Source: an uncultured Candidatus Saccharibacteria bacterium | GTDB taxonomy: Bacteria > Patescibacteriota > Minisyncoccia > 2-02-FULL-40-12 > GWA2-44-9 | Direction: 5' to 3' | Assembly: GCA_964513645.1 (NCBI GenBank) | Contig: CAZENF010000001.1 | Coordinates: forward strand, 71,303-135,302 | DNA length: 64,000 bases | Shown here: in pieces, positions 19,701 to 29,094 of the stretch | How the letters are laid out: each line of letters begins with the position of its first letter | Numbering within the stretch: position 1 is the stretch's first letter | Notes under the pieces: generated by a model | Databases searched by the model: none | What the model was told of the DNA's origin: nothing | Seen by the model: only the letters and a program-made list of their open reading frames with translations | Position numbers and translations under genes: made by a program

Positions 19701-20540
19701 TTATAAATTCAATAAAAAATTCTCAAGCGCCAGCCGATGATTGTATTGAGGCTGGGAGATGAGGCCTTGAAGCGAAAGCAGGTCTTTAATTATTTTTTCA
19801 TTCTTGGGCGATGCGGCAATATGAGCGGAAACCCAGCCGAGCCAATATTCAACCGTCGGGCGGTAGTTCTCGGATTCATTTAATTTTTTAGCGTAATCCA
19901 TTCTCTCATATACACCCGAATTCAATAATTTACGCAGGTCGTCAATTGCTTTTCTCGCATTATCTATCCCTTTCTCATTTATTAATTTTTCCATTAGGCC
20001 TATCCGGCCGCCGGCAAGTTTAAGTAAAAAATCTTTATCTTCTTGATTCACTTTTTTTCTGTCCAAATATAATCCCGCCTCTTTATCATTTGTGCAATTA
20101 AAAATAACTTTTTCGCACCTTGAAACTATTGTCGGCAATATCAGGCCCGGCAATGAACTGACAAGGATGATAACAGAGAAACCGGGCGGCTCTTCGAGAA
20201 GTTTCAAAAGCGCATTCGACGCCTCGCCTGTCATATTATGAACATCATCAATAAGAGCCATTTTGTAAGGCCCTTGAGGTTTGAGTTTGAAGAAGGATTT
20301 TAATTTTCTTATCTCGGTGATGGATATTTTGTGTTCTTCCTCTGAATCCGGACCAAGCTTGATAAAATCAGGTTCACTCGACAATTCACGGCCATTAAGT
20401 GAGCGCAAGAACTCGAGAGCAAAAGTCCTTTTGCCCGTCATTTCCGGACCGGTAAATAAATAGGCATGGGCAAGGTTGCCATTGGTCATGACATTATGAA
20501 AATATTTCTTCTGACGATTGTGACCGGTTATGTTTCCCAT
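19701..20540 (-). CDS. holB: DNA polymerase III delta' subunit
   Basis: AAA+ clamp-loader motifs LAHAYLFTGPEMTGKRTFALEF and SRCEKVIF. 279 aa. Confidence 0.8.
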   Translation of the reverse strand: MGNITGHNRQKKYFHNVMTNGNLAHAYLFTGPEMTGKRTFALEFLRSLNGRELSSEPDFIKLGPDSEEEHKISITEIRKLKSFFKLKPQGPYKMALIDDVHNMTGEASNALLKLLEEPPGFSVIILVSSLPGLILPTIVSRCEKVIFNCTNDKEAGLYLDRKKVNQEDKDFLLKLAGGRIGLMEKLINEKGIDNARKAIDDLRKLLNSGVYERMDYAKKLNESENYRPTVEYWLGWVSAHIAASPKNEKIIKDLLSLQGLISQPQYNHRLALENFLLNL

Positions 20541-20546
20541 TATTGA

Positions 20547-21686
20547 TTAAATTTTTTGAAGACCTAAGAGCACAGCTGCTATTTTTTGTGCCGCATCCGG
20601 AGTGGCAAAGAAGCGTATCTTCTCACTAATCCTCATGTAATTTTCCGGATTAAGAATATGGTTCAGCTCGCGCATCATACTTTCACGATTAAAACCTTTT
20701 TCTTCTATCATTGCGGCTCCGTACAAACTGAACTCAAAAGCATTAAGATACTGATGATTTGCCGAAGACTGTGCAATGGGTATGATTATTGCCGGCTTGC
20801 CAAGTTGGGCTATTTCAAAAAGAGCTCCGGCACCTCCACGGGAAATAACAATATCCGATAACGAGTAGGCCATCGCAAGCTGATGTTCATTTAGAAAAGG
20901 ATCAAATCTGTAATATTTTCCGACCGGTTCCGAATATAGAGTCGTGCTTTCTTTCAATATTGTATTAAGAGTTGTTTTGACCGCCTGATACTGGTTTTCA
21001 CCACATTGATGAATAACGTTAAATTTTTCAACCATCACGATAACACTCGAAAGAACGACATCATTTATAAGTTTAGCCCCCTGGCTTCCACCGAGCACTA
21101 ATATTGTCGGTCTTGGTTCAGAAAGTTCAAAAAACCTCCTCGCTTCGTCCTTATTGCCCTGGATAAGGGATTTTCTGACCGGATTACCAGCAAAAACAAC
21201 CGTTTTGCCTTCAAAATATTTTTCCGCGGTTTTAAACGAAACAAAAACCATTTTAGCCATCCGGCCAAGAATCGAATTAGCCAGACCCGGAACCGAGTCA
21301 GATTCATGAACATAGACCGGAATGAAATAAAGTCTGGCAACTAAGACCGGCCCGAATGAATCATATCCGCCTTTCGAAAAAACTGCGTCCGGCATGAACA
21401 AAAAAATATAAAAAAGAGACTGGATAACGCTTAGGGGGATTTTAATGATATCGATCACTGTGAGGATGCTGAAATAGCGCCTTAATTTTCCAGCGCTTAT
21501 TTGCCTGAAAGGTATGCCGTCGTCTTGGGCCGCCCGGCGGATAAAACTTCCATCGCCGAGCATCATTAATTTAAGACTGATATTGTTTTGGGTCGCCTGT
21601 TGTTTTAATTCTCTGGCCACGGCAATAAGCGGATATGCATGTCCGCCCGAACCCCCGCCCACAAGTAATATGCGTTTTTCTTCCAT
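20547..21686 (-). CDS. murG: undecaprenyldiphospho-muramoylpentapeptide beta-N-acetylglucosaminyltransferase
   Basis: LLVGGGSGGHAYPLIAVARELK ... LGGSQGAKLIN are GT28 MurG signatures. Confidence 0.9.
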   Translation of the reverse strand: MEEKRILLVGGGSGGHAYPLIAVARELKQQATQNNISLKLMMLGDGSFIRRAAQDDGIPFRQISAGKLRRYFSILTVIDIIKIPLSVIQSLFYIFLFMPDAVFSKGGYDSFGPVLVARLYFIPVYVHESDSVPGLANSILGRMAKMVFVSFKTAEKYFEGKTVVFAGNPVRKSLIQGNKDEARRFFELSEPRPTILVLGGSQGAKLINDVVLSSVIVMVEKFNVIHQCGENQYQAVKTTLNTILKESTTLYSEPVGKYYRFDPFLNEHQLAMAYSLSDIVISRGGAGALFEIAQLGKPAIIIPIAQSSANHQYLNAFEFSLYGAAMIEEKGFNRESMMRELNHILNPENYMRISEKIRFFATPDAAQKIAAVLLGLQKI

Positions 21687-21691
21687 TGCTT

Positions 21692-22234
21692 TTAAGGTTT
21701 CAGGACATCTTTGTCCTTTCCGTTAACCGTTACCTTAACATCATCAATGCCGGGAAATTGTTTCAGTGTTTCGGATATTTGAGAACGAAGAGCTTCAATC
21801 TTGCATGAACCGGCAACACCGGTATTAAATTTATCATTAAAATCAACCGTGGCAACCTTGTTCTCGATAGTAATATGTTCTAATTTGGAATCCTTATTAA
21901 GAAGGGTAAAATAGCCGTTATCTTTTTCATATCCAACCGGACCTTTTAAAAGTTCAGAAATGGCCAGATAAGAATACTCGGCCAAAGCCGTTCTTTTATT
22001 TTCCGAGAGACGGCTGACTGCCCTTTCAACCGGATAGGTCCTGCCGCAATTCGTCATCAAAGGATCCTGGATACTGTTGGGGAAAAATATTCGAACTGTG
22101 GAATATTCAAGTACAATAGGCGGTTTGGGGGCAATGATTTCCTGATTAGCGTTTTTGAGAAAATAAACTCCCAGAGTTGTGAAAACAAGTATGCCGAGGG
22201 CGAAAGAGATCAGTGCGATTTGGTATCTTTTCAC
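21692..22234 (-). CDS. membrane-anchored GerMN-domain protein
   Basis: N-terminal TM helix. C-terminal ...TVDFNDKFNTGVAGSCKIEALRSQISETLKQFPGIDDVKVTVNG resembles the GerMN fold. Confidence 0.4.
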   Translation of the reverse strand: MKRYQIALISFALGILVFTTLGVYFLKNANQEIIAPKPPIVLEYSTVRIFFPNSIQDPLMTNCGRTYPVERAVSRLSENKRTALAEYSYLAISELLKGPVGYEKDNGYFTLLNKDSKLEHITIENKVATVDFNDKFNTGVAGSCKIEALRSQISETLKQFPGIDDVKVTVNGKDKDVLKP

Positions 22235-22241
22235 CTATTAA

Positions 22242-22505
22242 TTATAGCACCACTCCTTCTTGAGCTAAAATTCTCTTTTTCTTGTCAGAACCGCTGTTGA
22301 AGCCGCCGGCCGTACCGTCCGAACGGATGACACGGTGACAATAAACCTTGGAATTTCGGTTTTTATTCAGAATATTTCCCACTGCCCGATAAGCTTTCGG
22401 CCTTCCGGCAAGTTTGGCAACTTGTTTGTAGGTTAAAGTTTTACCTCTCGGTATTTTGGACGCTATTTCATAAACTTTTTGGGCAAATCCAGAAGGTATT
22501 GACAT
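22242..22505 (-). CDS. ogt: methylated-DNA--protein-cysteine methyltransferase (DNA-binding/catalytic domain only)
   Basis: Active-site VYCHRVIRSDG, cf. PCHRV, plus an HTH. The start is placed at the internal MSIPSGF, because the longer ORF overlaps the upstream gene. Confidence 0.7.
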   Translation of the reverse strand: MSIPSGFAQKVYEIASKIPRGKTLTYKQVAKLAGRPKAYRAVGNILNKNRNSKVYCHRVIRSDGTAGGFNSGSDKKKRILAQEGVVL

Positions 22506-22530
22506 AATTAGAGTTTTACGGGACTTTTTT

Positions 22531-22863
22531 TTACTTAATTCCTGTTCCAGGTTTAACTTCCGATTCGAGTGCAAGCAAAACCGGGCCTGTTTCATTCGAA
22601 GCCGCAAGAAGCATGCCCTGGGATTCAAAACCCATAAGTTTTCTCGGTTCGAGATTGGCAACAACAACTATCTGTTTGCCGACGAGAATCTCCGGTTCGT
22701 AGGCCTTTCCTATACCTGCAACTAATTGACGCTTGCCCAATTCCCCCACATCTATCTGTAGTTTGACCAACTTATCCGAACCTTCAACCCTGACCGCTTC
22801 TAATATTTTTGCGGTTCTAAGTTCAATTTTTGAAAAATCTTCGTATTTTATGGTCTCGCTCAT
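22531..22863 (-). CDS. tRNA-binding domain protein (CsaA/Trbp111/MetRS-C-terminal-like)
   Basis: FSKIELRTAKILEAVRVEGSDKLVKLQIDVGE...QIVVVANLEPRKLMGFESQGMLLAA is an OB-fold tRNA-binding (Myf) domain. Confidence 0.7.
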   Translation of the reverse strand: MSETIKYEDFSKIELRTAKILEAVRVEGSDKLVKLQIDVGELGKRQLVAGIGKAYEPEILVGKQIVVVANLEPRKLMGFESQGMLLAASNETGPVLLALESEVKPGTGIK

Positions 22864-23435
22864 TTTATATATTTCTTAAACTCCGACCAAGATTTAAGTT
22901 TTGTATAATTATCGGCCTTGTCAAAAGCATTGAAAGGATCAAAAAGATACCTGTTGGGAACATCCGACAAAACATTAATGACTTTGAGCTCATCGTCAAT
23001 GTAATGAGTAAGGCCTAATTTTATGGCCTGGTTATTTTTATCTCTGGGCTCATTCACAAAGAAAGAGTTATTTCCATGGAAGTGTTTAGGCCACAATTTA
23101 TGCTTCTTCAGTATATTTATCGCCACTTCGGGTATTTTTCTTCTGGATATCAGAAAATATGGTATCTTCTTTTCATCAAGCGCGCTCAAGGTGGCCTTAA
23201 TACCTTTCATCAACGGGACGGAAAGGGCGATCTCTGAATTGTCATAAAGAAGTTTTTGAATCTCCTCCCAGACGATATGAGGCATCATTGTTTTAAGTAT
23301 CTCGGAAGGAGTATGCCCCAATTTAAGGTCAAATCCGAACCTTTTAGCAAGTTTTAATTTGACGTCGTAGTTATCCAAAATAACCCCGTCCATATCAAAA
23401 CCGATTATTTTTTTGTCCGGCTTGCTCTTAGTCAT
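22860..23435 (-). CDS. HAD-superfamily hydrolase, 5'(3')-deoxyribonucleotidase-like
   Basis: HAD motif I, IGFDMDGVILDN. It has the size and layout of NT5C-type nucleotidases and is divergent from a kinase gene. Confidence 0.5.
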   Translation of the reverse strand: MTKSKPDKKIIGFDMDGVILDNYDVKLKLAKRFGFDLKLGHTPSEILKTMMPHIVWEEIQKLLYDNSEIALSVPLMKGIKATLSALDEKKIPYFLISRRKIPEVAINILKKHKLWPKHFHGNNSFFVNEPRDKNNQAIKLGLTHYIDDELKVINVLSDVPNRYLFDPFNAFDKADNYTKLKSWSEFKKYIK

Positions 23436-23490
23436 AGTATTCTATATATTAGAGCAGATATTGAACTTTTACAAATCGGTGAGAGACCGG

Positions 23491-24219
23491 ATGTCTAAAA
23501 ATAAAGACACCGAGCAAATTCTCGAACAAAAAGCCAAGAACATTCTTGAATACCTTAAGAGCAACCTCCGTTACGACAATGGTTTCTTGCCTAGACCTTT
23601 CATGATCGAATTCACCGGCCCTCCTTCAGCCGGCAAAACTACGACCATTAAAGAACTTTATGATTTTTTGAGGCCTTTGGGCTTCCGAGTCTGGCGACCC
23701 CAAGAAGGTGCCGAAAATATCCAGGACATTCCAAGAACAACCCCAATGTACAACATCGCCACTGCGATCTATTCTCTTGAAAAAATAATCCACGAGAGTT
23801 TCAGACATACTTACGATATAATCTTGTTCGACAGAGCTTTATTTGATGCTTATTGTTGGATGGAATACTGGCTCGAAAAAGAAAAATTGTCTTTAAATGA
23901 AAAAGGTCTGTTGCAGTCCTATTTTACTTTTGATTTTTTTACTAAAAACCTGGACCTTGTTTATTTTATGATCTGCGATTCACAAGTCGCGATCGAAAGA
24001 GAGATGCGAGTTGCTTTGAGCCGCAGACCGAGAGAAACAACCACTCCGGCGAGCATTGAAAGCAAGGTCAAACTTTGGCAAAAAGTTTACAAACTCCTCC
24101 ACCCTGTCCATCCCAATGTTAGATTGGTTAACACAACTGAAATGAATGAACAGGAAATGATCGAATTTGTTGCAAACGATGTTCTGACAGTTCTTGAAGC
24201 CAAGTCAAAACGCCTCTAA
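23491..24219 (+). CDS. P-loop NTPase, deoxynucleoside-kinase-like
   Basis: Walker A, FTGPPSAGKTT, and a DR-type motif, FDRALFDAY. The start is placed at the ATG at 23491 to avoid overlap with the divergent gene. Confidence 0.45.
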   Translation: MSKNKDTEQILEQKAKNILEYLKSNLRYDNGFLPRPFMIEFTGPPSAGKTTTIKELYDFLRPLGFRVWRPQEGAENIQDIPRTTPMYNIATAIYSLEKIIHESFRHTYDIILFDRALFDAYCWMEYWLEKEKLSLNEKGLLQSYFTFDFFTKNLDLVYFMICDSQVAIEREMRVALSRRPRETTTPASIESKVKLWQKVYKLLHPVHPNVRLVNTTEMNEQEMIEFVANDVLTVLEAKSKRL

Positions 24220-24230
24220 GGGCGTTTTTT
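24207..24230. terminator. bidirectional rho-independent terminator
   Basis: aaaacgcc-tctaag-ggcgtttttt, shared by convergent genes. Confidence 0.6.
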
Positions 24231-24909
24231 ATTGAGATTCGGATTGGAAAGCGTTGCTCAAACATTGTACCAACTGATCGGTCGGGGTCCAACCGCATTG
24301 CCCATCAGGTTGGCGTTCGCATTTTGCCGTTTTATAACAGGCGTATTCCGGCTTCACTTCACAGGTAGTGGTAACATCCTGATCCGAACATATCTGACCG
24401 GAGCAACCGGTAATTTTACACCCGCCGGAAGTCGTCGAACCGGAAAGCCAGTTGTTCAGATCAAAAGTCACTGGAACCTTCAGTTCAGCGTCATTTTGAG
24501 CTAACCCTGAAGGATTATCCCTTTTAAGGACCAAGAATCCGCCGGTTGTGGAGGGTTTCTTAAATTCAAGCAATGCCTGGAAAGAAACAAAATTGTCGGT
24601 CATCCAGTCGCCTTGAGCTTTGGCAGGTACTGAACCCAATAAATTCATGTTTGAATCATATATTTGGACCGGGAACGAGGCCTCGAAATACCAATTACCT
24701 CTCGCTTGGCCGCTGACATTGACCGGACTCTTGATAAGTTCGGCCGGGCCTGGTTTTTCAAGTTTTATCATATCCGAAACATCTTTACCTGTCGGACTCG
24801 GAGTAGGAGAAAATTGGGTTATATTCGTTGAATTATTCGATGAACGAAGCACAAATAAAGCAGCGACAACCAGAAATACGACCAAGGTAATTATTATTTT
24901 ATTTTTCAT
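24229..24909 (-). CDS. hypothetical secreted Cys-rich protein
   Basis: Signal anchor. C-terminal segment GGCKITGCSGQICSDQDVTTTCEVKPEYACYKTAKCERQPDGQCGW has 10 Cys. Confidence 0.4.
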   Translation of the reverse strand: MKNKIIITLVVFLVVAALFVLRSSNNSTNITQFSPTPSPTGKDVSDMIKLEKPGPAELIKSPVNVSGQARGNWYFEASFPVQIYDSNMNLLGSVPAKAQGDWMTDNFVSFQALLEFKKPSTTGGFLVLKRDNPSGLAQNDAELKVPVTFDLNNWLSGSTTSGGCKITGCSGQICSDQDVTTTCEVKPEYACYKTAKCERQPDGQCGWTPTDQLVQCLSNAFQSESQ

Positions 24910-24912
24910 AGA

Positions 24913-25380
24913 TTATTGAGAATTAAAACCAACCTGAAACCTTATAAAAATTATATTTCCGTTATTATCCTGGAAAGGTGTATCAATTGCCGGGGTAAAT
25001 ATTCCATCCCCACTGTCTTCATGAACCATTGCGTATAAGTACTCGCCACTTATTATCGGGTGGATAAGACCGATAAGAAATTTATCGGATTTTCCTGGTA
25101 AAAGCAGTCTGCTGTTACCGATTATCTTGCTAATATTACCACGGCTATCCTCTTCATAAATTACAACAAAACCCGCTTTTGTTAAAGATGCGGAATTCAC
25201 AACAACGGACGACCCTGGTCTTTGGACAGAAACATAAACATAGTTAGCTGGCAATTCTACAGGCTGGGAATTAATGGCGGTCTGTCCCGGAAGAAGCAAT
25301 GTTTTGCCGGCAAAAAAATTCTGATATATCAAGAGTCCACCGAGAATTATAAAAAGTGTGATGAGCAGAACTATCTTCAT
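24913..25380 (-). CDS. hypothetical secreted protein
   Basis: Signal peptide or anchor. 155 aa. Translationally coupled to its neighbours. Confidence 0.35.
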   Translation of the reverse strand: MKIVLLITLFIILGGLLIYQNFFAGKTLLLPGQTAINSQPVELPANYVYVSVQRPGSSVVVNSASLTKAGFVVIYEEDSRGNISKIIGNSRLLLPGKSDKFLIGLIHPIISGEYLYAMVHEDSGDGIFTPAIDTPFQDNNGNIIFIRFQVGFNSQ

Positions 25381-26042
25381 TTTTTGAGAAGCTTATATAT
25401 TTCTTCGGATGTTTTTTGATCGATAAGCTGGACATCTGTGTTCTCTATCAAAGAAACTATATCCGGCCTTGACGATATCCTGACCCCTCTGACTGTTTTG
25501 GGTACGGAGTTAAGATCGGCTTTTAAACTTGAAAAGGCAATGACTGGGGTTACAATAAAATCACGACTAAGATTTTTCTTAAGAAATTGAGCCAAACTGT
25601 ATGATTTCTCGAGCGAACCTGTTATCAGGCCCTTCAAAACCTTCTCATTCTGAACCAATTCTTCTCCGTTAAAACTTATCATCCCACCGCTGTCTTTAAT
25701 GTTCACCAGCCAGACCCCGGAAGAACCGATCGCAATGTAATCAGCTTTGACATTGTTGGACAAAGAAACCTTCGAAGCTAGCTGGAAACCTTCGGATAAT
25801 TTATGAATATCGATCGAAAAATTAAGATTGTCGGTCATAAGCTGAATAGCGTGGCCGGTGCTCAAGATTATTTCTATCAGAACATCAAGAATTATAAAGA
25901 ATATTCCCAACCAGATAAAACGGGTTAGGGTTGTATAGCCCGTCAGGTCATAAAAAGGCCAAAGCCAGTTGGCCAATGCCGCCCCGACCACAGCCGCCAT
26001 CCCAATAAAGTACCAGAATAATTTTTTGAAATAACCGGCCAT
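25377..26042 (-). CDS. membrane-anchored NERD-domain protein
   Basis: Two N-terminal TM helices. ADYIAIGSSGVWLVNIKDSGGMISFNGEELVQNEK matches the NERD (nuclease-related domain) core, cf. DhlvigpnGvfvIEtKnysG. Confidence 0.5.
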   Translation of the reverse strand: MAGYFKKLFWYFIGMAAVVGAALANWLWPFYDLTGYTTLTRFIWLGIFFIILDVLIEIILSTGHAIQLMTDNLNFSIDIHKLSEGFQLASKVSLSNNVKADYIAIGSSGVWLVNIKDSGGMISFNGEELVQNEKVLKGLITGSLEKSYSLAQFLKKNLSRDFIVTPVIAFSSLKADLNSVPKTVRGVRISSRPDIVSLIENTDVQLIDQKTSEEIYKLLKK

Positions 26043-26359
26043 TACAATTTTTTCTTTACTTCCATTTCATAATCACTGAAACCGGCAGAAACCTCCGAAA
26101 CATCAAACTTTCTTTTGATCAGGTCTTTCGATCTTTTGGAGAGCAAAAATTCAAAGGTCATTTTAACCAGCTCTTCAGGTTCCACCCTGCGGCCGGTCAA
26201 AAGGGTCCAATATTCCCGGTTAACGTTTACTAGATATTCAGTCAAACCGTCCCCATGACCAAGTTCAACCAAAAAGGTCCAGCCGTTCGCACTCTGGCCT
26301 TCTTCGGTAACCTTCATTTCATCGTAATCTTCAGCAAATTCGGACATCTTTTGAAACAC
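26042..26359 (-). CDS. hypothetical small acidic protein
   Basis: 105 aa. Its start overlaps the NERD gene stop. Confidence 0.35.
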   Translation of the reverse strand: MFQKMSEFAEDYDEMKVTEEGQSANGWTFLVELGHGDGLTEYLVNVNREYWTLLTGRRVEPEELVKMTFEFLLSKRSKDLIKRKFDVSEVSAGFSDYEMEVKKKL

Positions 26360-26388
26360 CCGGTATTAAGCCGGGATGCTTACTCACA

Positions 26389-27483
26389 TTATATCAATTT
26401 CCCCCTCCAATGAGAATCTATGTATGAGGCCGCTTCGCTTAATCTTAAGGATGTCGTACCGTTGCCGGTGCGGATAAAAAACTCTTCATTGACATCGTTT
26501 TGGAGGTAAGCAGGCTTTGAGGAAGGAAGGATCCTGACCAGACAACAATCCTTATTCCCGGCCCGGGTAAATTTAAGCTGGACAAACTGACGGTATTCAG
26601 GCCCGATCATAGAGTGAAAAACATTCGTAAAGTGATTCTCGAATCCGTCCGGGTTCTGTTTGGGCAATGAGCCATAATCATCTTCTAGACCGACAACGTT
26701 TCCTGAATCATTAACTCCTAATATCAGCTGCCCTCCGTTCGAGTTCATAAAAGCAACGATCGTTTTCATGACCGATCTCTCAAGATTCTTATTGACCTTG
26801 TTTTGCTTAAGATCCCATCTGAAGGAACTCTTGAATTCAAGCCGTTCGTGTTCACCACTGGAGATGATATCCTCGACTGTCATGTTATCTTTTTTATTGA
26901 GCGGATTCTCGGATGTATCCCTTAATTTACCCAGAAGTTCGACATAGTAACGAGGTTCGGGAATATTCTTTATCTGAAAATCTTTGATATTGCCACCGTG
27001 AAGGCTGACCGTTCCGTACTTGGTAAGTTTGGCCAAAGGGCCCTGGCTGTAGCTGATTGAACTGACATCTTTCATAGCCAAAACCGTTCTTTTCCTGAAA
27101 ATAATTCCCCGGGCATGAACTATTTTATCGGGCTTAATATCGTAATATTCCTTATACCAGCGGAAGAAAATATAAAACACCATCGAGGTTTCAAAAATAA
27201 ATATCCCCGCTGCTTCGGCAATATGAAAAGAAAGCAGTCTGGCAATCGGTAAACCACGGTATATTTTGACATAGTCCCCCATTACCGCAACAATGAAAAA
27301 AGCGGCAACAGCCGCCACCTGAAGCACAATAAAATTCTTGACTATAACTACCGGGCTTTTCTTTATCAAAATCGATGAATTGAAGCCGGTCTCATTCATA
27401 GATGTATTATGTATTTTTTTTAACGGAAGACAAGGGCAATAATCAACGCTAACCTTGACCGGAACAAAATTTAATATTATCAT
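26389..27483 (-). CDS. membrane protein with bacterial PH (bPH_2/YdbS-like) domain fused to AlbA_2/Schlafen-like putative nucleic-acid-binding domain
   Basis: TM helices, then a bPH_2-like segment (YDIKPDKIVHARGIIFRKRTVLAMKDVSSISYSQGPLAKLTKYGTVSL). The C-terminus, EHERLEFKSS...SVMKTIVAFMNSNGGQLILGVNDSGNVVGLEDDY, fits the AlbA_2 signature. Confidence 0.5.
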   Translation of the reverse strand: MIILNFVPVKVSVDYCPCLPLKKIHNTSMNETGFNSSILIKKSPVVIVKNFIVLQVAAVAAFFIVAVMGDYVKIYRGLPIARLLSFHIAEAAGIFIFETSMVFYIFFRWYKEYYDIKPDKIVHARGIIFRKRTVLAMKDVSSISYSQGPLAKLTKYGTVSLHGGNIKDFQIKNIPEPRYYVELLGKLRDTSENPLNKKDNMTVEDIISSGEHERLEFKSSFRWDLKQNKVNKNLERSVMKTIVAFMNSNGGQLILGVNDSGNVVGLEDDYGSLPKQNPDGFENHFTNVFHSMIGPEYRQFVQLKFTRAGNKDCCLVRILPSSKPAYLQNDVNEEFFIRTGNGTTSLRLSEAASYIDSHWRGKLI

Positions 27484-27514
27484 ATAGACGGCGTTCCTTA
27501 ACTAAGGAGACGAC

Positions 27515-27877
27515 ATGGCTTCAGTCATCATTGAAGGCGGCAATGATCCGATAATTGCCAAAACCTGGAAAGATACGGTAAGAGTCAGACTGCTTCATGA
27601 TATTTATTCTTACTGCGGTCATGTTGGCGACCTAACAAACATAGACGTTCAGCCCAAAAGATTTATTTCAAAAGATTCGGGTGATGAAGTAACCGTGGGA
27701 GATGTCAGGGCAATTCTGATAGAAATGTACGAGGAGGGCCTTATCACGGGAATCCGTTTCAAATGTAACTGTTGTGCGCACCAAAAATTCCCGCCTAAGG
27801 AAGTTTTAGACCACGTTCTTGAATTCAAATTGACCCAAAAAGGCTTTGACCGTACGCCGGAACATATTTTCCCATAG
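27515..27877 (+). CDS. hypothetical protein
   Basis: 120 aa with a CNCCAH motif. Followed by the terminator agcgcc-agaa-ggcgcttttt at 27876-27895. Confidence 0.35.
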   Translation: MASVIIEGGNDPIIAKTWKDTVRVRLLHDIYSYCGHVGDLTNIDVQPKRFISKDSGDEVTVGDVRAILIEMYEEGLITGIRFKCNCCAHQKFPPKEVLDHVLEFKLTQKGFDRTPEHIFP

Positions 27878-27893
27878 CGCCAGAAGGCGCTTT

Positions 27894-29093
27894 TTATTTG
27901 TGATATTCTATTTTGTATATCAATCCGGTCTTGTCATCAGAGACATAAAGGGCGTTTTTGTAAAATTTAAGGTCGACCGGACGGCCAAGAGCGCCCGCTC
28001 CGGTAAGCCAGCCGGCTACAAAATCTTCGGTTCCGGTATAATTACCGCTGCCACCTAATTTAATCCTTGCAAGTTTATAACCGGTCGGAACCGAGCGATT
28101 CCACGAACCATGATAGGCAACGATCAGGTTACCAAGATATTCTTTAGGCCAGCCGGAATCTTCCGGAACAAAAGCGAGTCCCAAGGGTGCGGAATGGGCC
28201 TGAAGGTCAATATGCGAAGGCTCTTTATCCAGACAAGGGTCACGAATATATTGATTTTTATCAAAATTGCTGTCATGGATATTTTGGCCGTAACAGATCG
28301 GCCAGCCGTAGTTTTTGCCTTCTTTGATTATATTTATTTCATCTGGTGGTAAATTGTCGCCCAAGTAATCTCGGCCCATTTCAGTCGCCCACATTTGTCC
28401 GGTTTTCGGTTGCCAGGTAAAAAACACAGAGTTCCTCAATCCTGAAGCGTAAAGTTTAAAATCACTCCCATCCCGGTTCATTGAATATATCGAAGCCCGC
28501 CTCGGATCTTTTTCATTACAAACATTGCAGGATGAACCGGTTGAAACATACAGTTTTTTATCCGGCCCAAATCCGATGGTTCTCGTAAAATGATCACTGC
28601 CATAAGGTAAATCAACTAATTTAACCGGCTTGCCTTCCGAATAAACAGAAATATTGGAAACCTTATCTTCTTCCGCAAAATAAAGAAGGGTCTTGTTGTC
28701 CGGGCTAAAAGCAAGTCCGTGCGGTTTTCTTAAATTCTTAAGTACTTCTTCCTGATGGTCGACTTTTCCGTTTTTTATCTCGATCAGCGATATTTTTCCT
28801 TGAGATGTTTGGCTGACCCAAAGATTCCCAAAAGTATCGAACTCCATCACTCTCGCCCCGGGTAAATTTTTGGCAAAAACCGAAATCGAAAAACCTTCAG
28901 GAAGTTTCAGAGGTAAGGATGTACGGTTTTCGGCCGGCGACGGAGAACTTAATTCTTCAGCAATATCCCCAGGTGGAGGCAGTATTACCGGCCCGACGCC
29001 TCTTAAATTTTTGTAATAAAAAACTCCGACTCCGAATAACAATACGCTAATCAATACGGATATCAGGCCAATGGCCAAAATTTTTATCGACAT
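27894..29093 (-). CDS. PQQ-dependent sugar (glucose/sorbosone) dehydrogenase-like beta-propeller protein
   Basis: N-terminal anchor. Motifs HGLAFSPD and YVSTGSSCNVCNE typical of the soluble aldose sugar dehydrogenase (YliI) family. Confidence 0.65.
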   Translation of the reverse strand: MSIKILAIGLISVLISVLLFGVGVFYYKNLRGVGPVILPPPGDIAEELSSPSPAENRTSLPLKLPEGFSISVFAKNLPGARVMEFDTFGNLWVSQTSQGKISLIEIKNGKVDHQEEVLKNLRKPHGLAFSPDNKTLLYFAEEDKVSNISVYSEGKPVKLVDLPYGSDHFTRTIGFGPDKKLYVSTGSSCNVCNEKDPRRASIYSMNRDGSDFKLYASGLRNSVFFTWQPKTGQMWATEMGRDYLGDNLPPDEINIIKEGKNYGWPICYGQNIHDSNFDKNQYIRDPCLDKEPSHIDLQAHSAPLGLAFVPEDSGWPKEYLGNLIVAYHGSWNRSVPTGYKLARIKLGGSGNYTGTEDFVAGWLTGAGALGRPVDLKFYKNALYVSDDKTGLIYKIEYHK

Positions 29094-29094
29094 A

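Noticed and set aside
22506-22667. N-terminal 54-aa extension of the Ogt ORF
   Set aside because: It overlaps the upstream tRNA-binding protein gene by about 135 nt, and the conserved MGMT domain begins at the internal Met. Start moved to 22505.
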